Positions 52,478 to 64,000 of a stretch of DNA of 64,000 nucleotides are shown here, one piece after another. The DNA lies in NCBI GenBank assembly GCA_043228905.1, contig JBHGNT010000011.1:16244001-16308000 (forward strand), read 5' to 3'. The position numbers and the translations under genes are program-made. Below the pieces are notes generated by a model. The model was given only the letters and a program-made list of their open reading frames with translations. It had not been told where the DNA came from and ran no database searches. Position 1 is the stretch's first letter. Every line of letters begins with the position of its first letter. Origin of the DNA: Azolla caroliniana (taxonomy: Eukaryota > Plantae > Polypodiophyta).

Positions 52478-55400
52478 GCACAAAAATGACTTTCTCTATT
52501 CAATAGAAACAATAATACAACCAACCTTATGAAAAGGTTACTAGGTCACTTTATATAGTGACAGACTTAGGGCAACTACCATTTATGCTAATTACACAAA
52601 TGGCCCAAACTTGAGCTATACAAAGGGATAGTGTGAATACGTCCATTATACACTTGTATTCGACACTCCCCCGTAATGGGCGTATACATGAGTTATCTAA
52701 GATTACAGGTATAAACCTAGGTTCTCGGACATATCAGTTTTGTTCGAGTCGGCAGGGTCCAAAGGCAGAAGACCGAACTGGTCGGGTCGGAAGAGTTGAA
52801 ACCGATCGTTAAGGAACTGATGTCGGTTGTCGGAAACCATCCTGCGCTGTGTCCGGCTCTAACCGGACTGGTTTGTCGTTACGCCCATCTGATGCCGAAG
52901 GGACCGAAAGCGGTCTGCCGAAAGACACTTGGTCATTCCATCTGCGACATTGTCGGTTGTGGATATTTTCTCTAGACCGATTTTCCCTGAAATGACGCAG
53001 TCCCGAACGAAGTGATATCGAACGTCGATATGTTTGGAGGCGTTGTGGTGAACCGGATTTTTCGACAAGGCAACAACACCTTGACTGTCGCTATAGACAA
53101 CTGGGGCCGAGTCATGGTCGACTTGTCGAAACGTGTGCGCCAGCCGGCCGAGCCACAAAGCTTCTTTTGCAGCGTCGGACGCAGCTACATATTCTGCTTC
53201 GGTCGTTGAGGTCGCTGTGCACTCCTGAAGTTTCGACTTCCACGAAATTGCTCCATTGCCGAATTTGAAGCAGTATCCGGTTGTTGATTTCCGACTGTCT
53301 ATACAGCCGGCGAAGTCCGAGTCGGTGTAACCGACTACGCCTGAGGTTGAGTTCGGACCGAAAAGAATGCCGTGGTCTTTTGTGCCAGCCAGATATTTGA
53401 ACACATGCTTGACTGCGTTCCAATGCGATCGGCCAGGATTGTGCATAAATCTGCTAACGACTCCTACGGCATGAGAAATATCAGGCCGTGTCGCGACCAT
53501 CAGGTACATAAGGGAGCCGACTGCCGGTGCATACGGTACCGACTTCATATCTTCCCCCTCCGGACCGGATGTCGGGCAGTCTCGCTGAGAGAGCCGAAGA
53601 TTCATGGGGAGCGGGGTTGAAGCAGATTTGGCTGATTGCATGTTGAAGCGTTCCAAGACACGTCCGATATAGTCGGTCTGAGACAAAAAAAGATGTCGTT
53701 TATCGCGATGCCGACTAATCTTCATGCCAAGGATGTGTCGTGCCGGACCGAGGTCCTTCATGGAAAACTTCAACCGCAGTTGCCGAATGAGATCGGCAAG
53801 TTCGCCCGCGTGGCGTCCAGAAATTAGCATGTCGTCCACGTAAATGATGAGGAAGATGGGTGATCCATCTTGAGCTGTGTTGGTAAAAAGACAATGGTCC
53901 TCATCGCTTTTTGAGAAGCCGATCGATTGGATGAAGTCGTCGAACTTCTTGTACCATTGTCGCGGTGCCTGTTTGAGGCCGTATAGACTCTTCTTGAGTC
54001 GGCAGACTAGATGTTCTTGGCCAGTTGCCACGAAGCCTTTTGGCTGTTCCATATAAATTTCCTCTTCAAGATCACCATGGAGGAAGGCTGTTTTGACATC
54101 TAGCTGAATCAGCTCCAAGTTGTCGGCTGCCACTACGCCGAGTAGAAAACGAAGGGTTGTCATTTTCACCACTGGTGAAAAAATCTCGTCGAAGTCGACG
54201 CCATATTCTTGTCGGAAGCCCTTTGCAACTAATCTGGCCTTGTACTTTGGGGTGGTCGAATCAGACGTCTCTTTTAGTCGATAAACCCACTTGCAAGGAA
54301 GAGCACGTCGATTCTTAGGTAGTTCGACCAGATCCCAAGTCTTGTTTGCCCGAATGGAGTGCATTTCCGACTCCATCGCCAGATGCCAGGTGGCTGAATC
54401 GACAGATGTCGATGCTTCTTCGTAAGACGTCGGTTCGCCGGCGTCGGTGAAGAAAATTCCAGGAGAATACCTCTCCGGAGGTTGCGACAGTCTCTCGGAT
54501 CGTCGAGGTATGATTGGACTGGTCGCATCGGGTATCGAGGTCGGATGGTCCGAAAGCGAATTATTCGGCTGTGCCGAGTCAGAGTTGTCCGAGTCGGTGG
54601 TGTAAGGTTCAGCTACCCGTGAAGCTGACCGTGTGTTAAGAGCGGGGCCTTCTTGAAGGGTCGGCACATCGGAAAATGTTACCCTTCGGACTTCGATCGG
54701 TTTTTCGACTGATGGATTCATAGCCGACTCGTTGAACACAACGTCCGAACTTCGAAGGATTTGTCTGCGTTCGGGGTCCCAGAGTCGGTATCCCATTTCG
54801 CCGTCTGATCCATATCCAAGGAAAATGCATTTCCTGGACCGAGGTGCAAGTTTTCGGCGATCATCTTTCGGAATAAGGGCGTATGCCTCGCATCCGAAGA
54901 TCCTCAGCTTGTCGTAATTCGGCTTACTGCCGATCCATAGTTCCTGAGGAATTTGAAGTCCTAGAGGTCTGCTTGGCGACATATTGATTATGTGTACTGC
55001 CGTGAGTAGAGCCTCTGCCCAGAAGCCATCCGACAGTCCGGAGTGTTGGAGCATGGAAACTATCCGTTCTTGGATTGTCCGATTCATGCGTTCTGCAATC
55101 CCGTTTTGCTCCGGACTGTGTGGTGCCGTAAATTCACGTCGGATGCCGCGTTGTCGGCAGAATTTGACGAATTCTTCTGATTTGAACTCTCCCCCATTGT
55201 CGGTCCGAAAGCATTTCATTTTTCGGTCAGTTTGATTTTCTACCATAGCGAGCCAATCGGAGAAGATCGAGAAGACACGATCTTTGGTGCGAATTGGATA
55301 AGCCCACACCTTTCGAGTCGAATCGTCAATAAAACTGACGAAGTAAGAGGCACCGCCGAGAGACTGATGCGGCATTGGGCCACAGACGTCCGAGTGGACT

Positions 55401-57674
55401 AAATCGAGAGGTCTCGTTTCTCTTGGTGCTGATGTCGGGTGTGATGCGGCTGCTTGTTTGCCATACTGGCAATGTTCGCAGAATTGATGGTCGGAGAAGG
55501 AGAGTTTAGGGATGTATCCGGCTCTAGATAGGTGCGTAATGCCGGCCTTGCTGAGGTGTCCTAATCTTCTGTGCCATAGTGATGACACAGGAATATCCAC
55601 CAAAAATAGGTTACCCTCCCTGAGCGTAACATGTAACGGATACAGGGAGTGTATCTTGGGTCCTCTAGCAAGCAGGAGGTTCCCCCTGTGGAGTGTCCAC
55701 CCTCCCGAAGAGAAACCGACACGAATGCCGTCTTCATCTAGTTGTCCGACTGAGATCAATGGCCTTGAGAGCTCGGGTACATGTCGGACATTGTGAAGTA
55801 CAAGTGTAGAGCCACATGCAAGGTTGAGCTCTACTGTGCCGATTCCAATGATGTCACAGTGTTGCGAGTTGCCGACTCGAACTGAGTCGGAGTGACGGAT
55901 GGTATATTGCCGAAATTGGGATCGATGAGGAGTCACGTGAAATGACACGCCCGAATCTAAGAGCCATGTGCTCGATTCTTCAGTCGTGAGCAGAACTTCT
56001 GATCCGACTGGATTTTCGATTGATAGTATATTCGGGTCGTTTGGTAGCACATCAGCTGAGAAGCTGACGTAATTGATCTCCTCATGCCGGCCACTCTTCT
56101 TGTCTGATTTCTGAGACTTGTCGTTCTTGTTCTTGAGTGCGCGGCAGTCGGCTTTGATGTGTCCGGGTTTCTTGCAATAGTTGCAGATTCGATTATCCCG
56201 TGACTGGCTCCGTCTTCGCTGATTGTTCGGCTGCCGTGAGGAATCTCTTCCTCGTATGTTCGATCGGTCTGTCGAACCTTGTACTACATAAGCGTCGTCT
56301 GTTGAGTCTTTGGCGAAAGACTTTCTCCGAGCTGCTTCGGTCAGGATTGCGCTCGTGACTTCGGAGTATTTAGCAGCCGTGGTTGACGCGTTGCACACGG
56401 TTGTGACGAAAGTTTCCCATGATGAGGGAAGGCTGCTCATGAGTATCATTGCTCTGAGTTCATCCTCGATTGCCATGTCCTGAGATGAGATTTGGGAGCT
56501 TATGCTTTCGTACTCATTGAGATGTGCTTGAACCGAATCTGATTCTTTCATCCGCAAGTTGTAGAGGCGCCGGATCAGAAACATCTTTGTTGCAGCGACC
56601 TTCTTTTCGTAAGTGTCCGACAGTGTTTTCCACAGTTCGAATGCTGTCGTACACGATTGCACCGTAAAGTATACCGATTCCGATAGGTGCATCCGAATCG
56701 TGGCGCGGACGATTCTGTCCAGCTTCTGCCACTCAATTGGTTTGTATCCTTCTGGAGGTTCTTCATTTTCGATGGGATCGATTTGCCCCTTGACTATGAG
56801 ATAGTCCTGCATTTGCTCCTTCCAGAAGTTGAAGTTCGATCCATCGAACTTTCGTAGACTCATTTCTGACGAGCCGGATGTTGATGCCATCAAATTTGGT
56901 TTCGGTTGACGAAGCTCGGTTCGGAGTTGACTACGAACCTTGTTGGAGTGCAGCCGGTTGGCTCACCCGATATCGTTCTAGTCGGATTTGAACCCGAGTC
57001 GGTTCGGCTTCGGATATATGTGTTGTTGAACTTGCTCGAATTGACTCCGGTAACTTGAGGGACAGAACCGACTGGTCTTCCCGAATGTTGCCGAGTCGGA
57101 GTGAGCCCGGTTTGCTTCCGAATATATATGCCAAATACCGATTATTGAAACCGATTGTCTGGACCGATTCTGCTTCGGGTGACTGCAGCGACGAGAGAGA
57201 CGGATCCAACTGATCCTCCCGAATGTCGATCAGCCGGATGAAGCACAAATTTGGGTTGTTGTCTTGAGACCGATCTGCACCGAGTGGTTACAATGAGCGG
57301 CGAGCAGCGTTTGATGACCTCTTCGGATGCCGTTTAACCGAGTGGAGCACGATCGTGTCAATGTTGCACAAGGGGATTTCACCTCGAGCGGTTACGATCA
57401 CAAGGAACAGAGTACAACCGGCTGGCTTACTCCAAGCGAAGATGATCTAACGCGATGAGATGCAAGCCTCGTTCTTCTTCTTCTTCTCTCTTCTTCGAAT
57501 GACGCAAGAAACCGAATGCTGTGCAGGCTGAGACGACGGCCGACAGCGGGTTGAAGGACCGAATACTGTGCAGGCTCTGATACCAAATGTTGAAGACAAG
57601 GCCGTGTCGATGCGGAAGATCAGATAGCATTCGATTGGGGTTTGATACCTGCGTATGACAGTTTGCAAGATCGT

Positions 57675-57721
<47 letters not shown>

Positions 57722-57909
57722 GCACAAAAATGACTTTCTCTATTCAATAGAAACAATAATACAACTAACCTTATGAAAAGGTTACTAGGTCACTTTATAT
57801 AGTGACAGACTTAGGGCAACTACCATTTATGCTAATTACACAAATGGCCCAAACTTGAGCTATACAAAGGGATAGTGTGAATACGTCCATTATACACTTG
57901 TATTCGACA
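52348..57909 (-). mobile_element. Complete, young Ty1/Copia element B1 (Tnt1/Tork-like), 5562 bp
   Basis: LTRs 57588-57909 and 52348-52665 (one substitution plus AG-repeat length difference), PBS tRNA-iMet 57574-57585, PPT CGGGGGAG at 52666-52673, TSD TTGCC/TTGGC. Confidence 0.97.
52859..56893 (-). CDS. Copia Gag-Pol polyprotein (gag-CCHC-PR-IN-RT-RNase H), uninterrupted 1344 aa
   Basis: CNYCKKPGHIKADC, WLLDSGVS, LWHRRLGH..CEHC, VHSDVCGP..FIDD..RTDNGGEF..QNGIAER, YKARLVAKG, QLDVKTAFLHG, YVDDML, YTDSDFAG, KHIDVRYHF. Confidence 0.97.
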   Translation of the reverse strand: MMASTSGSSEMSLRKFDGSNFNFWKEQMQDYLIVKGQIDPIENEEPPEGYKPIEWQKLDRIVRATIRMHLSESVYFTVQSCTTAFELWKTLSDTYEKKVAATKMFLIRRLYNLRMKESDSVQAHLNEYESISSQISSQDMAIEDELRAMILMSSLPSSWETFVTTVCNASTTAAKYSEVTSAILTEAARRKSFAKDSTDDAYVVQGSTDRSNIRGRDSSRQPNNQRRRSQSRDNRICNYCKKPGHIKADCRALKNKNDKSQKSDKKSGRHEEINYVSFSADVLPNDPNILSIENPVGSEVLLTTEESSTWLLDSGVSFHVTPHRSQFRQYTIRHSDSVRVGNSQHCDIIGIGTVELNLACGSTLVLHNVRHVPELSRPLISVGQLDEDGIRVGFSSGGWTLHRGNLLLARGPKIHSLYPLHVTLREGNLFLVDIPVSSLWHRRLGHLSKAGITHLSRAGYIPKLSFSDHQFCEHCQYGKQAAASHPTSAPRETRPLDLVHSDVCGPMPHQSLGGASYFVSFIDDSTRKVWAYPIRTKDRVFSIFSDWLAMVENQTDRKMKCFRTDNGGEFKSEEFVKFCRQRGIRREFTAPHSPEQNGIAERMNRTIQERIVSMLQHSGLSDGFWAEALLTAVHIINMSPSRPLGLQIPQELWIGSKPNYDKLRIFGCEAYALIPKDDRRKLAPRSRKCIFLGYGSDGEMGYRLWDPERRQILRSSDVVFNESAMNPSVEKPIEVRRVTFSDVPTLQEGPALNTRSASRVAEPYTTDSDNSDSAQPNNSLSDHPTSIPDATSPIIPRRSERLSQPPERYSPGIFFTDAGEPTSYEEASTSVDSATWHLAMESEMHSIRANKTWDLVELPKNRRALPCKWVYRLKETSDSTTPKYKARLVAKGFRQEYGVDFDEIFSPVVKMTTLRFLLGVVAADNLELIQLDVKTAFLHGDLEEEIYMEQPKGFVATGQEHLVCRLKKSLYGLKQAPRQWYKKFDDFIQSIGFSKSDEDHCLFTNTAQDGSPIFLIIYVDDMLISGRHAGELADLIRQLRLKFSMKDLGPARHILGMKISRHRDKRHLFLSQTDYIGRVLERFNMQSAKSASTPLPMNLRLSQRDCPTSGPEGEDMKSVPYAPAVGSLMYLMVATRPDISHAVGVVSRFMHNPGRSHWNAVKHVFKYLAGTKDHGILFGPNSTSGVVGYTDSDFAGCIDSRKSTTGYCFKFGNGAISWKSKLQECTATSTTEAEYVAASDAAKEALWLGRLAHTFRQVDHDSAPVVYSDSQGVVALSKNPVHHNASKHIDVRYHFVRDCVISGKIGLEKISTTDNVADGMTKCLSADRFRSLRHQMGVTTNQSG

Positions 57910-59230
57910 TTGGCGGCGCACGGCTAAGGAAAGACGAAACTGACCGCGCTGAGAGACGGGTCCGGGAAATTACCGGGTGGAGCGATCCGGTCGAGGAGAA
58001 GACGGGCTTCGTAGAAGCCGCCTTCCGGAACTATGAGGCTCTGGTAGAAGACAAATGAGTGGGGAAAGCCGGAGCGGCCGGGCACTCACAACGGTACGAG
58101 ACCCGATTCGGGCAACGACGGAACGATGCCGGTGGGTCCAGCTCGCAAGATAACCCCAGGAAGGGCGGATACCGACTAGGGACGGAAATAGAAAGGACCA
58201 CGGACCTACGAAAGGTCCTAGAAGAACGGATCCTCGACAGCAAAGTGGAGGTATCATTACGGGAGGTGCTAGGGATCGCCAAGAAGGAGTTTCACGACTC
58301 CATTGTGGACTTGGTGAAACGGAAGAGGCTGTCGACGGAGACAGAACCGGAGAGACCGGTGGAGGTGCGGACGACGCACATCGACGACTCGGCGCTGGCA
58401 GATGAGTGGGCGGAGAGCCAGTATTCGAGGCCACACTGGGCCCGAGCGACCACGGAGACCCCGGTAAAGATCGGAGATGTTCAGGAACCGGTGGTGGCAC
58501 TGGTGGACCACGGTTCGGAAATAAACCTGATGTCCATGGACTTCTATAAGAAGGGAAAGTGGCTGATCAACACCAAGCACGGGTGGAAGATCCGGGTGGC
58601 GACGCGCGCCACCGAGGAACTGCACGGGGCCTGCCTGAACGTGCGTGTCAAGATCGGCGACGTCGAGATTGACCAGCACTTCTTCGTGCAGGAGACGTCC
58701 TCGCATCCGATCATATTAGGGGAACCGTACATCACAGCGGCACGAATGGAGACCAAGGTGCTGGACAACGGTTCGGCCTACGCGAGGGTCAAAAGCCAGG
58801 ACGGGCGCCATTCGGTTCAGTTTCTGACGGTGCGGCCAAACCACGAGAGAAACCGGGAATCCCTCGGTGGCGAGAACCGGGAGGATTTTTAGAGAGGGCT
58901 GCCAAGGCGTGGGGCCGAGACAGCCCGGACACTCGGGAAAACCCCCCGACTGTACGATAGAACCGAAACCGAAGGAACCCTGTACGATAGGTAGGAAGTT
59001 TTGCTTCTCCAACAACGGAGGGTGTATGATAGTCGGCATCGTTGGCCAAGAAAAGACAAGGGCGGAAGTGCGACTTCGAGCGTGCGGAGTTCTCGGCCCG
59101 GACGAGGAAATCAGCGGAGCTGTGGAGGTGGTCTCCTTTGACGACACCTTGGGAATGCTGAGGGAGGTAGCCGGAGAAGACCTTAACGAAGACCGGACGA
59201 AACCGGTATGTTCCAAAGAGATGTACGAAG

Positions 59231-62200
59231 TGTTGTAAACAAAGGCCGTCAATGCGGAAGATCAAGAAGCATTCTTTTCCTGTTTGATACCTGCGTATGA
59301 CAGTTTCTGAGATAGTGCACAGAGAGAGAGAGAGAGAGAGGGAGGCACAAAAGACTTTCTATTCCATAGAAACAATAATACAACCAACCTTACAAAAAGG
59401 TTACAAGGTCACTATATATAGTGACCGACTTAGGGCAACTCCCATTTATGCTAATTACACAAATGGCCCAAACTTGAGCTATACAAAGGGATAGTGTGGA
59501 TACGTCCATTATACACTTGTATTCGACACTCCCCCGTAATGGGCGTATACATGGGTTATCTAAGATTACAGGTATAAACCTAGGTTCTCGGACATATCAG
59601 TTTTGTTCGAGTCGGCAGGGTCCGAAGGCAGAAGACCGGACTGGTCGGGTCGGAAGAGTTGAAGCCGATCATTAAGGAACTGATGTCGGTTGTCCGAAAT
59701 CATCCTGCGCTGTGTCCGGCTCTAACCGGACTGGTTTGTCGTTACGCCCATCTGATGCCGAAGAGACCGAAAGCGGTCTGCCGAAAGACACTTGGTCATT
59801 CCATCTGCGACATTGTCGGTTGTGGATATTTTCTCTAGACCGATTTTCCCTGAAATTACGCAGTCCCGAACGAAGTGATATCGAACGTCGATATGTTTGG
59901 AGGCGTTGTGGTGAACCGGATTTCTCGACAAGGCAACAACACCTTGACTGTCACTATAGACAACTGGAGCCGAGTCATGGTCGACTTGCCGAAACGTGTG
60001 CGCCAGCCGGCCGAGCCACAAAGCTTCTTTTGCAGCATCGGACGCAGCTACATATTCTGCTTCGGTCGTTGAGGTCGTTGTGCACTCCTGAAGTTTCGAC
60101 TTCCACGAAATTGCTCCATTGCCGAATTTGAAGCAGTATCCGGTTGTTGATTTCCGACTGTCTATACAGCCGGCGAAGTCCGAGTCGGTGTAACCGACTA
60201 CGCTTGAGGTTGAGTTCGGACCAAAAAGAATGCCGTGATCTTTTGTGCCAGCCAGATATTTGAACACATGCTTGACTGCGTTCCAATGCGATCGGCCAGG
60301 ATTGTGCATAAATCTGCTAACGACTCCTACGGCATGAGAAATATCAGGCCGTGTCGCGACCATCAGGTACATAAGGGAGCCGACTGCCGGTGCATACGGT
60401 ACCGACTTCATATCTTCCCCCTCCGGACCGGATGTCGGGCAGTCTCGCTGAGAGAGCCGAAGATTCATGGGGAGCGGGGTTGAAGCAGATTTGGCTGATT
60501 GCATGTTGAAGCGTTCCAAGACACGTCCGATATAGTCGGTCTGAGACAAAAAAAGATGTCGTTTATCGCGATGCCGACTAATCTTCATGCCAAGGATGTG
60601 TCGTGCCGGACCGAGGTCCTTCATGGAAAACTTCAACCGCAGTTGCCGAATGAGATCGGCAAGTTCGCCCGCGTGGCGTCCAGAAATTAGCATGTCGTCC
60701 ACGTAAATGATGAGGAAGATGGGTGATCCATCTTGAGCTGTGTTGGTAAAAAGACAATGGTCCTCATCGCTTTTTGAGAAGCCGATCGATTGGATGAAGT
60801 CGTCGAACTTCTTGTACCATTGTCGCGGTGCCTGTTTGAGGCCGTATAGACTCTTCTTGAGTCGGCAGACTAGATGTTCTTGGCCAGTTGCCACGAAGCC
60901 TTTTGGCTGTTCCATATAAATTTCCTCTTCAAGATCACCATGGAGGAAGGCTGTTTTGACATCTAGCTGAATCAGCTCCAAGTTGTCGGCTGCCACTACG
61001 CCGAGTAGAAAACGAAGGGTTGTCATTTTCACCACTGGTGAAAAAATCTCGTCGAAATCGACGCCATATTCTTGTCGGAAGCCCTTTGCAACTAATCTGG
61101 CCTTGTACTTTGGGGTGGTCGAATCAGACGTCTCTTTTAGTCGATAAACCCACTTGCAAGGAAGAGCACGTCGATTCTTAGGTAGTTCGACCAGATCCCA
61201 AGTCTTGTTTGCCGGAATGGAGTGCATTTCCGACTCCATCGCCAGATGCCAGGTGGCTGAATCGACAGATGTCGATGCTTCTTCGTAAGACGTCGGTTCG
61301 CCGGCGTCGGTGAAGAAAATTCCAGGAGAATACCTCTCCGGAGGTTGCGACAGTCTCTCGGATCGTCGAGGTATGATTGGACTGGTCGCATCGGGTATCG
61401 AGGTCGGATGGTCCGAAAGCGAATCATTCGGCTGTGCCGAGTCAGAGTTGTCCGAGTCGGTAGTGTAAGGTTCAACTACCCGTGAAGCTGACCGTGTGTT
61501 AAGAGCGGGGCCTTCTTGAAGGGTCGGCACATCGGAAAATGTTACCCTTCGGACTTCGATCGGTTTTTCGACTGATGGATTCATAGCCGACTCGTTGAAC
61601 ACAACGTCCGAACTTCGAACGATTTGTCTGCGTTCGGGGTCCCAGAGTCGGTATCCCATTTCGCCGTCTGATCCATATCCAAGGAAAATGCATTTCCTGG
61701 ACCGAGGTGCAAGTTTTCGGCGATCATCTTTCGGAATAAGGGCGTACGCCTCGCATCCGAAGATCCTCAGCTTGTCGTAATTCGGCTTACTGCCGATCCA
61801 TAGTTCCTAAGGCATTTGAAGTCCTAGAGGTCTACTTGGCGACATATTGATTATGTGTACTGCCGTGAGTAGAGCCTCTGCCCAGAAGCCATCCGACAGT
61901 CCGGAGTGTTGGAGCATGGAAACTATCCGTTCTTGGATTGTCCGATTCATTCGTTCTGCAATCCCGTTTTGCTCCGGACTGTGTGGTGCCGTAAATTCAC
62001 GTCGGATGCCGCGTTGTCGGCAGAATTTGACGAATTCTTCGGATTTGAACTCTCCCCCATTGTCAGTCCGAAAGCATTTCAGTTTTCGGTCAGTTTGATT
62101 TTCTACCATAGCGAGCCAATCGGAGAAGATCGAGAAGACACGATCTTTGGTGCGAATTTGATAAGCCCACACCTTTCGAGTCGAATCGTCAATAAAACTG

Positions 62201-64000
62201 ACGAAGTAAGAGGCACCGCCAAGAGACTGATGCGGCATTGGGCCACAGACGTCCGAGTGGACTAGATCGAGAGGTCTCGTTTCTCTTGGTGCTGATGTCG
62301 GGTGTGATGCGGCTGCTTGTTTGCCATACTGGCAATGTTCGCAGAATTGATGGTCGGAGAAGGAGAGTTTAGGGATGTATCCGGCTCTAGATAGGTGTGT
62401 AATGCCGGCCTTGCTGAGGTGTCCTAATCTTCTGTGCCATAGTGATGACACAGGAATATCCACCAAAAACAGGTTACCCTCCCTGAGCGTAACATGTAAC
62501 GGATACAGTGAGTGTATCTTGGGTCCTCTAGCAAGCAGGAGGTTCCCCCTGTGGAGTGTCCACCCTCCCGAAGAGAAACCGACACGAATGCCGTCTTCAT
62601 CTAGTTGTCCGACTGAGATCAATGGCCTTGAGAGCTCGGGTACATGTCGGACATTGTGAAGTACAAGTGTAGAGCCACCTGCAAGGTTGAGCTCTACTGT
62701 GCCGATTCCAATGATGTCACAGTGTTGTGAGTTGCCGACTCGAACTGAGTCGGAGTGACGGATCGTATATTGCCGAAATTGGGATCGATGAGGAGTCACG
62801 TGAAATGACGCGCCCGAATCTAAGAGCCATGTGCTCGATTCTTCAGTCGTGAGCAGAACTTCTGATCCGACTGGATTTTCGATTGATAGTATATTCGGGT
62901 CGTTTGGTAGCACATCAGCTGAGAAGCTGACGTAATTGATCTCCTCATGCCGGCCACTCTTCTTGTCTGATTTCTGAGACTTGTCGTTCTTGTTCTTGAG
63001 TGCGCGGCAGTCGGCTTTGATGTGTCCGGGTTTCTTGCAATAGTTGCAGATTCGATTATCCCGTGACTGGCTCCGTCTTCGCTGATTGTTCGGCTGCCGT
63101 GAGGAATCTCTTCCTCGTATGTTCGATCGGTCTGTCGAACCTTGTACTACGTAAGCGTCGTCTGTTGAGTCTTTGGCGAAAGACTTTCTCCGAGCTGCTT
63201 CGGTCAGGATTGCACTCGTGACTTTGGAGTATTTAACAGCCGTGGTTGACGCGTTGCACACGGTTGTGACGAAAGTTTCCCATGATGAGGGAAGGCTGCT
63301 CATGAGTATCATTGCTCTGAGTTCATCCTCGATTGCCGTCCCCTGAGATGAGATTTGGGAGCTTATGCTTTCGTACTCATTTAGATGTGCTTGAACCGAA
63401 TCGGATTCTTTCATCCGCAAGTTGTAGAGGCGCCGAATAAGAAACATCTTCGTTGCAGCGACCTTCTTTTCGTAGGTGTCCGACAGTGTTTTCCACAGTT
63501 CGAATGCTGTCATACACGATTGCACCGTAAAGTATACCGATTCCGATAGGTGCATCCGAATCGTGGTGCGGACGATTCTGTCCAGCTTCTGCCACTCAAT
63601 TGGTTTGTATCCTTCTGGAGGTTCTTCATTTTCGATGGGATCGATTTGCCCCTTGACTATGAGATAGTCCTGCATTTGCTCCTTCCAGAAGTTGAAGTTC
63701 GATCCATCGAACTTTCGTAGACTCATTTCTGACGAGCCGGATGTTGATGCCATCAAATTTGGTTTCGGTTGACGAAGCTCGGTTGGGAGTGGACTACGAA
63801 CCTTGTTGGAGTGCAGCCGGTTGGCTCACCTGATATCGTTCTAGTCGGATTTGGACCCGAGTCGGTTCGGCTTCGGATATATGTGTTGTTGAACTTGCTC
63901 GAATTGACTCCGGTAACTTGAGGGACAGAACCGACTGGTCTTCCCGAATGTTGCCAAGTCGGAGTGAGCCCGGTTCGCTTCCGAATATATATGCCAAATA
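59231..64000 (-). mobile_element. Ty1/Copia element B2, sister copy of B1; 5' LTR lies beyond the right edge
   Basis: 3' LTR 59231-59528 with adjacent PPT; internal region nearly identical to B1; left flank CGAAG (candidate TSD). Confidence 0.96.
59722..63756 (-). pseudogene. Copia B2 Gag-Pol with a single premature stop
   Basis: Same 4035-nt span as B1; CAG>TAG at 61807-61809 splits it into the 649-aa and 645-aa ORFs. Confidence 0.93.

Larger units (their letters stand above)
50536..59230 (+). mobile_element. Ty3/Gypsy-type LTR retrotransposon, 5' part (LTR, gag, protease), interrupted by two Copia insertions
   Basis: LTR TG..CA 50536-51155, PBS TGGTGAACCCGACGTGA 51159-51175 (tRNA-Trp), gag with CMWCDEVGHIRKDC, frame resumes at 57915, protease VALVDHGSEINLM ending TAG 58892. 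RT/IN are not in the window, so the Gypsy call rests on gag/PR style and PBS. Confidence 0.85.

Noticed and set aside
52348-64000. B1/B2 as an assembly duplication or a tandem element sharing an LTR
   Set aside because: They differ by scattered SNPs and LTR ends and are separated by unique, in-frame Gypsy sequence

Overview
Eukaryotic land-plant nuclear DNA (GT-AG introns, abundant microsatellites, LTR retrotransposons). A seed-free vascular plant such as a fern is plausible, but that is inference only. The first 40 kb holds five spliced genes: a CIPK23-like kinase (-, runs off the left edge), a 119-aa coiled-coil protein (+, with an 8.9-kb transposon-filled intron), PGRL2 (-), the thylakoid-lumen pentapeptide protein TL17 (-) and a clade-B AT-hook/PPC (AHL) gene (-). 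These are interspersed with LINE remnants, a hAT element nested in a long-TIR foldback element, and a non-autonomous LTR element carrying only a decayed coiled-coil ORF. The most unusual region is 41.7-47.4 kb: a head-to-tail array of about 25 tRNA-Cys(GCA)-derived copies arranged as an A/B dimeric higher-order repeat (~495 bp), mostly lacking Pol III terminators, with some anticodons shifted to GTA or TCA. The array is cut at 47408 by a nested retrotransposon stack: a Copia, containing a tRNA-Trp-primed Gypsy, containing two sister Copia copies (one with an intact 1344-aa ORF). All coordinates and counts were read by eye.
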